64,000 nt of DNA from IMG/VR virus record IMGVR_UViG_3300046171_000193, positions 32,001 through 96,000 of that record, one strand, 5' to 3'. The notes below the pieces were generated by a model, which was given only the letters and a program-made list of their open reading frames with translations, had not been told where the DNA came from and searched no databases. Below, piece by piece: positions 49,601 to 58,654 of the stretch (the first letter of the stretch is position 1; every line of letters starts with the position of its first letter). The position numbers and the translations under genes are program-made. Origin of the DNA: a virus.

Positions 49601-50352
49601 GCAATATTCAAGCCGATAGTTTCTACGGCGATGTTACAGGTAACGTAACAGGCGACGTCGTTGGTAATCTTACTGGTAACGTAACAGGTCAAGTATCTGA
49701 TATATCAAATCACAATACAGATAGTCTTGCTGAAGGTTCTACTAATCTTTATTTTACGATACCAAGAGTAAGAAGTTCACTTTCCGTTGTTGATGCAGGT
49801 GGAGATGGTAGTTTTGTTTATGATTCATCAGCTGGACAGTTTACATATACTGGACCTAGCCCAGCAGAAACAAGGCAGCATTTAAATGTTCTTGACGCTG
49901 GCGGAGATGGAAGTTTAACATACGACAGCTCGCTTGGTAAATTTACATATACCGGTCCTTCGCCAACAGAAGCAAGAGCTCACTTTCAAGTAAATGATAC
50001 TGGTGGAGATGGTTCATTATCATATGATTCAGCAACTGGTACATTCACTTACGTCGGTGCATCTGAAGCCGATTTTTATCAGCATTTAAAAAATAATCAT
50101 GATAGCCTTGGCGATCTTACTTTTGATTCGACATATGGAAGTAAAGGCGGATTTGCTTTACATACTAGACATATACTAAGACAAAGAGAAGTTTATGCTG
50201 ACTCTTTTATTAATTCACAAGAGTATTTTTTAATGTATAGCGGAACAACAGGTGGAACACTTGTAAAAGTTAGGGCTGATACACTTGCTTCTAAAATGGG
50301 TGGCGGTGGCGGTGGTGCCGGCGGTGGATTGCTTGGTTATATTAACTTGTAA
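46687..50352 (+). CDS. Long tail fibre protein, DS-rich, repeat-built
   Basis: Repeated GSLxYDSxxGxFTYTGP units, LAEGSNLYFT motifs, GNLQVEGTQTIINST motif. Confidence 0.8.
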   Translation: MKVVVGQNTIVKKITVGTPLRVGSAANGSLTGLDDVNGSINLSDGTILQYDSATGKFNHVTPAGITGSGLTVNDASGLGSVVYDSSSAVLTYAGPSSDSVHSLFNSTYDSNSLGTLSYTNGTVRLVGPTSAQIRALFSAGNSLNYNETTGEFSVTVPDTSASFDSDFGTKTTDDLAEGSNLYFTDSRGRAAIGVTDNGVGFGSLAYNSASGQITYTGTSVANMRSVINVGSNLAYDSTTGKITFTGSLGGDFDAGDAQQSISVVNDNGDYGSLAYDNASGVFTFTKVTDSDIRGSISAGGDLVYDQTTGQISYSKRTDADIRSLFSAAGDLTYNNTTGNFSITTGAHYADSDARAAFSVNFVGDTAFDSSPYGGASYNSSTGLLTINGTTDSNIRNSLTVQDSGGLGSLTYNVKQGRIVYTGPGVSDVSSLLSANVDSLSMGKLTLDSSKGQFTLKLEDDSVRALFSVVSDQEGGANLTYDQATGVFTHSGPSDLDLRGKVSASDLGGDGSFTYFESGGVFTYTGPSPAEARAHFEGGLGIDYIESTGTFRLDSSANIVTGSIVTGKLTTDSATINRATIESRLRLDTIRSLTDSGDIDIIAGDDVEITAGDKINLLTSNLRTSADKLRLLSDDSNINNISGGGLILGAGSNEKSILHQQYFGYDQFVIGANTGLHVPGFMTGRTVDSINKRIDELPDSAQMKGILSAGPGLSYDNINGIYRITSSGVVAGTYGDATNVPRFSVDSLGQIDSISNVPISTVNNFVYDSATGNLKITTATDSYNVGLTLDPFTTNNLVEGPNNLYYTRARFDSALDDSTSETRIRQYFRTDLASDSSRQQIRKYINVGASLTYDSATGKLTTNQALDSNSDVRFQNITQSGQLRGPAEFIIDPAAIGDNTGTVKILGNLQVEGTQTIINSTTVSVNDKNLVLGDSAADSSALHGAGITLGGTNIVDKPSFTYSHADKRFVFNRNIQADSFYGDVTGNVTGDVVGNLTGNVTGQVSDISNHNTDSLAEGSTNLYFTIPRVRSSLSVVDAGGDGSFVYDSSAGQFTYTGPSPAETRQHLNVLDAGGDGSLTYDSSLGKFTYTGPSPTEARAHFQVNDTGGDGSLSYDSATGTFTYVGASEADFYQHLKNNHDSLGDLTFDSTYGSKGGFALHTRHILRQREVYADSFINSQEYFLMYSGTTGGTLVKVRADTLASKMGGGGGGAGGGLLGYINL
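49786..50070 (+). repeat. Three tandem 102-bp (34-aa) repeats DAGGDGSxxYDSxxGxFTYTGPSPxExRxH
   Basis: Asp codons at 49792, 49894, 49996; a further copy near 48199. Confidence 0.85.
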
Positions 50353-50369
50353 CTTAAATGTGAATTTTG

Positions 50370-50377
50370 TATAAATA
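50370..50377 (+). promoter_or_regulatory. Late promoter
   Basis: TATAAATA. Confidence 0.75.
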
Positions 50378-50397
50378 AGAGTAAAGAAGTAGGAATT

Positions 50398-50736
50398 ATG
50401 GCAGCAGTATTTTCAACGAGCTACGTTAAAAACGTAGGAAGCACAGAGGCCACTCTGTATACCGCACCGGCTGGCCTAACCGGTAGGCACCTAGTTGTAA
50501 GTTTAGTTGCTACAAATATATTTGGATCTGCAATACCGATAAGCGCCAAGCTAGTACAAGGCGCAGATTCGGTTTTTATTGCATATAATAAAAGAGTTTT
50601 AGCAAATGATACTGTAGATTTGCTTATAAATAACTCAAAGATAATGATACAAAATGGCGATGTAATAAAAGTTTCTGCGCCAGTAGACGATGCGTTTAGT
50701 ATAATTATGACGGTAGTAGAGGAAGTTGAAACATGA
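50398..50736 (+). CDS. Small beta-sandwich virion protein
   Basis: TLYTAPAG, KIMIQNGDVIKV motifs; AGGA RBS. Confidence 0.65.
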   Translation: MAAVFSTSYVKNVGSTEATLYTAPAGLTGRHLVVSLVATNIFGSAIPISAKLVQGADSVFIAYNKRVLANDTVDLLINNSKIMIQNGDVIKVSAPVDDAFSIIMTVVEEVET

Positions 50737-51035
50737 GTTACGGACACGATAATGAGGGCGGTATCTATACTGGAACCTCTTATAGTGACAAGACTTTCTA
50801 CGGGTTTAAGCTCGATAGCATCGGCGATCTAACTTGTACTGTTATAAGATCAGATGATAGTGATGTTGTTGAACTTCCTTCAGAAGTTTCTGCATCTTAC
50901 TTTGATTCAACGGTCGATTCTTTAGGAGTTACATTTGCTGACCCTGACGGATACCGTGCACACTTTTGGTCCATGGACGCAGTAACATTTAGGTTTAATC
51001 AAAATAACGGCCACCTTGAAATGGTTGTATTCTAA
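50733..51035 (+). CDS. Small virion-associated protein
   Basis: TFYGFKLD..GDL, GHLEM; ATGA overlap; GAGG RBS. Confidence 0.6.
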   Translation: MSYGHDNEGGIYTGTSYSDKTFYGFKLDSIGDLTCTVIRSDDSDVVELPSEVSASYFDSTVDSLGVTFADPDGYRAHFWSMDAVTFRFNQNNGHLEMVVF

Positions 51036-51055
51036 TGATTCGGAGTAATTAATCT

Positions 51056-52651
51056 ATGGCAACAATTATAGATCTCGGTAAACTAAGATTTGAGTATCGT
51101 GGTGAGTGGTCAAATTCCACTACTTACGAGGCTAATGATGTTGTCAAGTATGGTGGCAACCTTTACGTATACAAATATGGTTTAAAAACTTCAGGTAATA
51201 TTCCACAGACAGCTTCCCTGTATTGGGACTTGATGGTAGAAGGCTTTAAGTTTGAAGGAGCATACGATTCTGACGCAACATATAACATTGGCGATGGATT
51301 TTCATATGGTGGTATTGTTTATATCACAACAGCAAATAGTATAAGCGGAACACGTCCACCAAATGCTGGATATTCTACATTTACTGATGGTATTCAATAT
51401 GAAGGCACGTGGATTAATTCAAATCAATACCAAAAGTCAGATATTGTTAAGTATGGTCCAAAGTCATACATTGCTACACAAGATCCTCCAATCGGGGCGG
51501 TCCCATTACAATCTGCGTATTGGCAAGTATTTTCTGACGGAATATCCTTTGACGATGCCTACGACAGCAATTTAACATATAAGCCTGGCCAAGTAGTTAA
51601 ATGGGGTCCAAACTCTTATATAGCTCAGGCAGACGTTATAGCAGGGGATTCTCCTAATGTTGCCGGCAATTGGAATTCCATCATGGAAGGCCAAGAATGG
51701 AGAGATTCATACGCTTCTTCTACAAAATATTATAAAAATGAAATTGTAAAATGGGGTGCTCAAGGTTATCGTGCTAAACGTGATAATATTTTTAACTCTC
51801 AACCAGATAATAATCCAACAGACTGGCAACTAATTAGTGAGGGTTTTTTACCAAAAGGTGCATGGAACAGCGGAACTCAATATTATAAAAATGATGCTGT
51901 ACAATATGGTAATAATTTTTATAGAGCAAAACAATCTTCTTTAAATCAACTTCCTGATACAGCTACTACTTATTGGGAAGAATTAACTTCCGGTGTGAAT
52001 ACCCGTGGTTCTTGGGCATCCACCACAGTTTATTATGAAGGTGATGTTGTTATAGACGGTAATAAATCGTATATTAAGAATGGAACAACACACACTTCTG
52101 CTGCAGATTTTGCAACTGATGCGTCAAACTGGACACAGCTTACAAACGGAATTAATTATAGAGCAGGCGGTTACGATAGTTCTGCTAACTATTTAATAAA
52201 TGATGTTGTACAATATAGTACAAGCTCTTATATAGCACTAGAAAATTTTGCTGCTTCTGGTAATTTTGGTAGTGAGCTTTCGGGTGGTAAATGGGAACTA
52301 TTAGCTGCAGGCGGTGGTTCTGTTTTACCATCAATAACTAATGCTGACAGAGGTAAATTTTTAGGATCGACAGATGGTGTTGCTTATAGTTGGCAATATC
52401 CAGGTAAAGCTGATAAGGTTTATTATGTTGCTAAAGGCGGTAATGCAGATTCTGGTCTTGGTCAAACAATTGATACGGCTTGGGGATCAGTTAAATTTGC
52501 GTTAGATAACGTAACAGGTCCAGCTACTATCTACGTAAAAGAAGGTTCTTACCAAGAAAGCTTACCTATGACTATAGGTAACGACATAACACTTAGAGGT
52601 GATGGCCAAAGAAACACTGAAATTAGGCCAGCTGCTGGTGATTCGAAATAA
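51056..52651 (+). CDS. Tail fibre/spike N-terminal part with eight ~50-aa CBM5/12-like repeats
   Basis: IDLGKLRF start; GxW/YxSxTxYxxxDxVxYG repeats; ends within a beta-helix start (IYVKEGSYQE..LRGDGQRNTEIRP). Confidence 0.8.
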   Translation: MATIIDLGKLRFEYRGEWSNSTTYEANDVVKYGGNLYVYKYGLKTSGNIPQTASLYWDLMVEGFKFEGAYDSDATYNIGDGFSYGGIVYITTANSISGTRPPNAGYSTFTDGIQYEGTWINSNQYQKSDIVKYGPKSYIATQDPPIGAVPLQSAYWQVFSDGISFDDAYDSNLTYKPGQVVKWGPNSYIAQADVIAGDSPNVAGNWNSIMEGQEWRDSYASSTKYYKNEIVKWGAQGYRAKRDNIFNSQPDNNPTDWQLISEGFLPKGAWNSGTQYYKNDAVQYGNNFYRAKQSSLNQLPDTATTYWEELTSGVNTRGSWASTTVYYEGDVVIDGNKSYIKNGTTHTSAADFATDASNWTQLTNGINYRAGGYDSSANYLINDVVQYSTSSYIALENFAASGNFGSELSGGKWELLAAGGGSVLPSITNADRGKFLGSTDGVAYSWQYPGKADKVYYVAKGGNADSGLGQTIDTAWGSVKFALDNVTGPATIYVKEGSYQESLPMTIGNDITLRGDGQRNTEIRPAAGDSK

Positions 52652-55247
52652 AACAATGTTCTTTGTTAACAGTGGAACACTTGTCGAAGAATTTAAGTTT
52701 AGTGGATTGACTGGCTTTGCTTTAGATTCTGCAGGTGGCCAGCCACACGACATTGAATACGCAACTATCGGTGGTGTATATTTTAGATTAGATCCAAATG
52801 CGGTCATTTATAAATCTCCATATATTAAAGAATCAACTGCTTTTTCAAGTGGTGGTATAGGCGCTGTTATCGATGGTGGCTTGAATAGCAATGCTGCAAA
52901 CCAAGGTTCTATGGTTTTCCATACATTTACTCAGGTGCACAATGGTGGTGCAGGTTTCTGGGTACGAAGAAATGGTAAATCTGAGATCGTTTCTTGCTTT
53001 ACTTACTATAACGATTTCGGTCTTGTAACGACCGGTGGTGGTAAGATTAGAGCGCTAAACTGTAACAACTCGTACGGTACATATGGTGCTGTTGCTGAAG
53101 GATTTGATTCTGGTGAAGTTGCTATTACAGGTAAAATTAGGGGTCAATCACTTCATTATGATGGTAATACAATTACTGGTGGTACTGAATTCAGTGTAGG
53201 ATCACTAATTACTGGTTTAGCTAACGACAACAACGTCAATAGAGCAACACGTGCTGCTAATGTTTCTTTCCATTCACCAAATCACGGTTTGTTAACCGGT
53301 GAAAAAATTGCTATCTCAGGAATGACACCTTCAACATGGGCGTCACTATTTACAGCAGATAGTTATTGGGTAACAGTTACAGACTCGTCTAACTTTATTC
53401 CATATATAGACTCAGCTAGATCAACAGGTATTGATACACAATTAGCTGGTGGAAGAAATACAGTTTCTTCAACTATTACGGACATTGCTCGTCAAAATCC
53501 GGTTCGACTGACTGTTACAACATCTGCTAATACAGATTCATATGCTCCACACTATATTCAAAGTGTTGGTGGCATGACGCAAATGAATAACATTTGGGTT
53601 ACATTTGATAGTGGAGCCGCAACAGCAGGTACCACCTTGTATGCAAGACAAGCTGAAAATACTCAGATTCGAGTTAGTCAGCCTAATCCGGCATCTGAAG
53701 GTACTCAAACAAAAGGAACAACTGGCGGATCAACATATGATTTTGGTTCTAATAACCAAACAATAACACTTTATAGAGGTTCAAGATATAGATTCCTTGG
53801 TGACTCTGCAGCCGCTGTAACAAAATCGGTTGCTGGTGGGCGTTTCTATCTTTCTACATCAACGAGCTGGGATTCTAGTAACTTTACTGATGAATATACA
53901 ACTGGAGTTCTAAATAGCAGAAATACATTAGATGGCGATTCGACTCTTGATAGTACCGTAGACGGACTGATTATTGAAGTTGGACCTACAACTCCATCAA
54001 CATTGTATTATAATTGGGATAGTGCTTCATCTGCTTCTACAATGAGAGGACAAATTAACATTGTTAATCCTCCATTCATCGACGCTCAGTCATATAACGT
54101 TTATACGTCTGGTGGTCAAATCAGATTGATGGACTCAGGCGATTATTTTGACTCTGCTCATTGGAACGCTGAAGCACCAACTGCTAGTGTAATTAATACG
54201 CAGCCATCAGAAGACAAAATCTATATTGAGAACATGACGTTCCCTGGATTTACCGGTGGTGAGACAATTACACAAGGCGCAGTATCTGCTAGCATTGTTA
54301 ATAGTAACTTCATTAGAGGACAATATGGCTATATTGTAGCACTAGATACTTTGACAGGACAACCAAAACCTGGCCAATCTATCTCATTTGCTGATGATCA
54401 GGATAGTGCTGGATACGGAAGAGCATATGTTGTTTCTAGTGTAACCGGATACGACTCATCGACGGCTCAAGCAACACTAACATTATCACAGCAAAAACTT
54501 GAGACAAACGCTTCGGCTGATGACGCTGTCGCAACAATTAGAACTAATTATTCTCAGGTACGATTAACAGGTCACGATTTCTTGAGCGTGGGTACTGGTG
54601 GAGTAACTACAACAAATTATCCTGGAACTCCAACTCAACCTGCTTCTCAAGGTAACGAAGTTATTGAGACTGCTCCAGGTCGAGTTTACTTTATTTCGAC
54701 CGACCAAGATGGTAACTTTAGAGTTGGTAATTATTTCCGAATCGATCAGGCTACTGGACGAGCAACATTGGATGCATCTGCATTTGATCTTTCTGGTTTG
54801 ACGTCATTGAGACTTGGTTCAATTGGTGCACAAATTGGTGAATCAATTAACGAGTTCTCATCAGATGCAACGTTATCTGGTAACTCAAACCTTGCTGTTC
54901 CAACGGAGAAAGCAACTAAAGGTTATGTAGATGAAGCACTTAATTCTTTGGTTGATGCAATAGGTGCTGGAAATTATGACTCTGCTAATACTACATGGGC
55001 GACTGGTGCAAATACAGGAAATCCATTCCTTGACTCTGATCGTGGAGACTCTGGCGGAAGAAGAGCATTAGGATATACTATTGGACCGATAACTGTTTCT
55101 GAGATAGATTACGATTCGTATACCGATGAAGTTAAATCTTATAAAGAAAAAATGGTTTTAGGATTTGGATTTACAGAAGAAAAAAGCGTTTCTATTACAT
55201 ATAATAGCGACGGATCAATAGAACGAATACAAACGACCGTGTTATAA
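52647..55247 (+). CDS. Tail fibre/spike C-terminal part (beta-helix); probably the +1 continuation of the upstream gene
   Basis: NKTMFFVNSG.., KSPYI, SEIVSCFTYY, RLTGHDFLSVGTG, STDQDGNFRVG, INEFSSD. Confidence 0.75.
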   Translation, partial: NKTMFFVNSGTLVEEFKFSGLTGFALDSAGGQPHDIEYATIGGVYFRLDPNAVIYKSPYIKESTAFSSGGIGAVIDGGLNSNAANQGSMVFHTFTQVHNGGAGFWVRRNGKSEIVSCFTYYNDFGLVTTGGGKIRALNCNNSYGTYGAVAEGFDSGEVAITGKIRGQSLHYDGNTITGGTEFSVGSLITGLANDNNVNRATRAANVSFHSPNHGLLTGEKIAISGMTPSTWASLFTADSYWVTVTDSSNFIPYIDSARSTGIDTQLAGGRNTVSSTITDIARQNPVRLTVTTSANTDSYAPHYIQSVGGMTQMNNIWVTFDSGAATAGTTLYARQAENTQIRVSQPNPASEGTQTKGTTGGSTYDFGSNNQTITLYRGSRYRFLGDSAAAVTKSVAGGRFYLSTSTSWDSSNFTDEYTTGVLNSRNTLDGDSTLDSTVDGLIIEVGPTTPSTLYYNWDSASSASTMRGQINIVNPPFIDAQSYNVYTSGGQIRLMDSGDYFDSAHWNAEAPTASVINTQPSEDKIYIENMTFPGFTGGETITQGAVSASIVNSNFIRGQYGYIVALDTLTGQPKPGQSISFADDQDSAGYGRAYVVSSVTGYDSSTAQATLTLSQQKLETNASADDAVATIRTNYSQVRLTGHDFLSVGTGGVTTTNYPGTPTQPASQGNEVIETAPGRVYFISTDQDGNFRVGNYFRIDQATGRATLDASAFDLSGLTSLRLGSIGAQIGESINEFSSDATLSGNSNLAVPTEKATKGYVDEALNSLVDAIGAGNYDSANTTWATGANTGNPFLDSDRGDSGGRRALGYTIGPITVSEIDYDSYTDEVKSYKEKMVLGFGFTEEKSVSITYNSDGSIERIQTTVL

Positions 55248-55262
55248 TGGTAGAGGTAAAAA

Positions 55263-56510
55263 ATGGCAATTAATGTTTTACAATATAATCAGCTGATAAA
55301 ATCTGTTAATGCTAAGAGCGATCAGATTGCGACTCAACGGCGTATAAGAGACTCAGCAGATTCTGCGATAGGAACTCTTCCTGCTCAAATAACGGCATTA
55401 GCAGATTCTATTGCAAATTACGATAGTTTAATTGACAGTGCTCAGCAGTATGTAGCCAACTTTGGAGGAGATTTAAGCCTACTTGGGCTATGCGACTGCC
55501 ATTTTATGTTTTATTCTAGTCCTGTAGAATGCGTATGCACGTGGCAATATATTGTAGATTTATGCGATTATGCTGGATATTCGAGTGTAGGATGTCTGTG
55601 TCTTGATGGAGTTACTACTAACTGCTGTCATGGGCAATGTGGATTTAATTGTAACTGGACAGTTCCAGCTGGTACTAATAGAGTACAATTTGAAATCTGG
55701 GGACCGGGTGCTTCTACTACTTGGGGATCTTGTTGCGCATTTAGCCCCAATGGTATAACTGGTGCATACTTGTCTCAAATTATTTGTGTCTCTCCAGGTG
55801 ATACATTTTGTCTTCAATCAGGATGTGCTATTTGCTGTTATGCAAAAGGCTGTGAAGGTGGTTATCCAGCTAGTAATATAGGAACTCATAGTGCGGTATA
55901 CGGTTGTACTACTGCAACAGGCTCGGCTGTTTGTATGTGTATGTGTGCAATGAGCGGATATTCTAATCTGGCATGTGAAATGGTAGAACGTGATGGTTGT
56001 TGTGGTGCTTGGACTCAAGGATACTGCAGAGGCTATTGGAATTCTGGTAATTGTCTATGCACTCAAGGTCACTGGATGTGCTTTGAGAACAGCCGAGGAA
56101 TGTTCGGTTATGAAGGCCACCAAGGACAAGGTGGCTACTGTCAATGTACAATGCCCTATATGCCTTCTAGATGTACAGTTGCATATACATCAATTAACAC
56201 CGGTTCTTGGAATGACATTAGAGTGCCTAACACTTGTTTTACAGTTCCTGGTATCCTTTCAAAAGGATTTTTTAGTAACGACAACTACGGAAATGCGTGT
56301 TCTCAAGGTACTCCTAAATTCCCATGTATTCAATGTGATTGCTTTACTTCACAAACATGTTGGGGTGGACAGGCCTGCCAAAACTGTTGTGGCTATAGGC
56401 GAATTCCAGGTGCAGGTGGGGCGGTGAACCACGCAATGGGTGGTGGTACTGCTTGGTGTGGTGATATTGGCCGCGGCGGCGCAGTATACTTACGATGGGG
56501 TTGCATATAA
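55263..56510 (+). CDS. Cys-rich glycine-rich-domain fibre tip protein 1
   Basis: WTVPAGTNRVQFEIWGPG motif; about 44 Cys in 415 aa. Confidence 0.7.
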   Translation: MAINVLQYNQLIKSVNAKSDQIATQRRIRDSADSAIGTLPAQITALADSIANYDSLIDSAQQYVANFGGDLSLLGLCDCHFMFYSSPVECVCTWQYIVDLCDYAGYSSVGCLCLDGVTTNCCHGQCGFNCNWTVPAGTNRVQFEIWGPGASTTWGSCCAFSPNGITGAYLSQIICVSPGDTFCLQSGCAICCYAKGCEGGYPASNIGTHSAVYGCTTATGSAVCMCMCAMSGYSNLACEMVERDGCCGAWTQGYCRGYWNSGNCLCTQGHWMCFENSRGMFGYEGHQGQGGYCQCTMPYMPSRCTVAYTSINTGSWNDIRVPNTCFTVPGILSKGFFSNDNYGNACSQGTPKFPCIQCDCFTSQTCWGGQACQNCCGYRRIPGAGGAVNHAMGGGTAWCGDIGRGGAVYLRWGCI

Positions 56511-56516
56511 TATGAG

Positions 56517-56524
56517 TATAAATA
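56517..56524 (+). promoter_or_regulatory. Late promoter
   Basis: TATAAATA. Confidence 0.75.
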
Positions 56525-56566
56525 AACAAAACAAACAAATTCTTAATTCTCTAAGAGGGATATAAA

Positions 56567-57409
56567 ATGCCAATTACTATTACATATCCAATTCCTGATG
56601 AGCCATATGTCAACTCTTGGGATGCAGGTAAAACAACAACTACAGTATATAATGGACCAAACGATGTTACATTGTATGCTAATCAAGACGGTTCAGTATT
56701 TGCAACTTCGTTCGATATGGATAGCGATGCAGCTCACGCTTTTAATAGCGATCCTGTAGCGGGAGATGGAGCTCCTACTTTAAATATTAGACTAGATGCT
56801 ACTTCAGGAAATAAACATGCGGCTGCGTGTTGGATATTAAGACATTTCCATTCACAAGATAGTGAGAATGCTGAGTGTATGAATATGCCTCATGACGAGA
56901 TAGAAGAAGATGCGACTCTTGCAGCAGATAATTCTGTAACATATAAAAGAGTGACAAATCCAAATCTTCATAAAGTATATGAGCTTTTTGTAAGCAAAGA
57001 CGTCGATTCTAATGGAGATAAATTTGATAATATTCTATTTAGACAGATAACAAGATCTGCAGAATCTCATAACGCTTTCTTAGCTAAACAGCGATTGCAT
57101 AATGTTAGGCATTATTATGAAACCTACGATCTTGGTCCAGCAGGTGAATCAGACGCAGCTTCCTATATAACAAGATTAAATACTTATATAGCCGGAGAAG
57201 AAGGTAAATGGCCATGGGCATATACAACTCATCCTTCAAGAACTGAAGTTCCTAAAGTTCCGCTAACTGTGGCTACAGCAATTACTACTGTAAAACAAAA
57301 TGAGCTTTTAGACAATTCAGGCGGTGAACTTAATCAATATCCTGGGAATTCACCTTATGAGTTACCTACACCAGCTAATTCACCAGAAGTTTTCAAAGAT
57401 TTTAATTAA
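56567..57409 (+). CDS. Hypothetical protein, possibly fibre assembly chaperone
   Basis: Lies between the two Cys-rich genes; TYPIPDEPY..YNGP N-terminus; GAGG RBS. Confidence 0.5.
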   Translation: MPITITYPIPDEPYVNSWDAGKTTTTVYNGPNDVTLYANQDGSVFATSFDMDSDAAHAFNSDPVAGDGAPTLNIRLDATSGNKHAAACWILRHFHSQDSENAECMNMPHDEIEEDATLAADNSVTYKRVTNPNLHKVYELFVSKDVDSNGDKFDNILFRQITRSAESHNAFLAKQRLHNVRHYYETYDLGPAGESDAASYITRLNTYIAGEEGKWPWAYTTHPSRTEVPKVPLTVATAITTVKQNELLDNSGGELNQYPGNSPYELPTPANSPEVFKDFN

Positions 57410-57420
57410 AGGAATAGAGT

Positions 57421-58617
57421 ATGGCAGACGTATTATATTACGCAGCATTAGATAAGTACTTGTATGCCGATACTCAGTTGGCCGCGGCGCAAGATCAGGC
57501 AACTAGAGCAGTAAATAGATTTAACACTGCTAATAACCAAGTCACCGCTTGCCAAACATGTTTAAACTGCTGCAAATGCTGTTATTGTTGCGAAGAATAC
57601 AATAAAGTAAACGCCTCTCAAGGATTAGAGGACTTAACTACTTTAAACACGTGTCTTCGAACTGACTCAATGATAGGTCGAACCCAGTATTGTAGAGCTT
57701 GGAATTGTATTCCAGATCCTTATGTAGAAGGAGCTAGTGGAATCACAACAATTTGGGTAGCAGATCAAACGGTGGCTAATCCAGGATGTTGTTGCTGTAG
57801 TGGATATTGGAGATGCGGTTTTTGTTGTCAATTTACTGTACCATCTGGCGTGTCAAAAGTTCAGTTTACAGGTTGGGGTCCAGGTAATAGTAGTGGAGGC
57901 ATATCCGGTTGCGGCGGTTCTCCATACGGTGGTACTGGTGCATTCTTCACAGTAAATCTACCAGTGACTGCTGGAGAACAATATACAGTTTGTGCTGGAT
58001 GTGCTTATTGCTGCTATGTAGGCCAAAACGACACCTATTACACAAACGGCGGTCCTACGTATATACAGGGCCCTGGCATGTGTAACGTTTGTGCTAACCC
58101 TGGCAGACACAGTTTTATGCAAATTGTTTCATTTCAAGGAGGCACGTCTTGCTGTTGTAGAGCTGCTGCACCTTGGTGTTGGGATTCAGGTGGATGCTGG
58201 TGTCAGTGTTCAACATACTATTGCTTTGATAACTCTTGTGCGTCATGCGGAATGGTTGGTAACGTTTCAAATAGAATGTATGCTTATGGATGTTCACCAA
58301 GATCGGTTATATATAAAGTTCCTGGACACTGGGGCGGTTGGTGCTATGATACAAACCACTACGGATATACCTTTGAGCCAGGAGTTCCATTCATGTGTAA
58401 CTCAAATTATAATGGAACATGTTGCGTAGGATGTTGTTTTGGTTGGTCAAGCGGAACATGTTATGGAAAATGTTGTGCTGCATGTTGTACCAACGGATCC
58501 GGCTGGAGACGCTGGCCAGGATTAGGTGGAACAATGACTCATACCATGGGTGGTAACGGTAACTGCGGAGACTCTGGAAGAATGGGAGCGGTAAGAATCA
58601 CTTATCAAACCCCTTAA
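57421..58617 (+). CDS. Cys-rich glycine-rich-domain fibre tip protein 2
   Basis: FTVPSGVSKVQFTGWGPG motif; about 48 Cys in 398 aa including CCCC. Confidence 0.7.
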   Translation: MADVLYYAALDKYLYADTQLAAAQDQATRAVNRFNTANNQVTACQTCLNCCKCCYCCEEYNKVNASQGLEDLTTLNTCLRTDSMIGRTQYCRAWNCIPDPYVEGASGITTIWVADQTVANPGCCCCSGYWRCGFCCQFTVPSGVSKVQFTGWGPGNSSGGISGCGGSPYGGTGAFFTVNLPVTAGEQYTVCAGCAYCCYVGQNDTYYTNGGPTYIQGPGMCNVCANPGRHSFMQIVSFQGGTSCCCRAAAPWCWDSGGCWCQCSTYYCFDNSCASCGMVGNVSNRMYAYGCSPRSVIYKVPGHWGGWCYDTNHYGYTFEPGVPFMCNSNYNGTCCVGCCFGWSSGTCYGKCCAACCTNGSGWRRWPGLGGTMTHTMGGNGNCGDSGRMGAVRITYQTP

Positions 58618-58625
58618 TAAATAGG

Positions 58626-58654
58626 TGTACAATATGAAATTATTATGGTATAAT
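58626..58654 (+). promoter_or_regulatory. Early-type promoter
   Basis: TGTACA-N17-TATAAT with TG extended -10; late-like AATAAATA at 58616-58623. Confidence 0.65.

Noticed and set aside
49627-49690. G(D/N)(V/L)(T/V) tetrapeptide repeat in the long fibre
   Set aside because: Common fibre shaft motif in marine phages; ordinary
55263-58617. Paralogous tip genes as template/variable regions of a diversity-generating retroelement
   Set aside because: No reverse transcriptase in the window and no near-identical repeat pair differing at adenines seen
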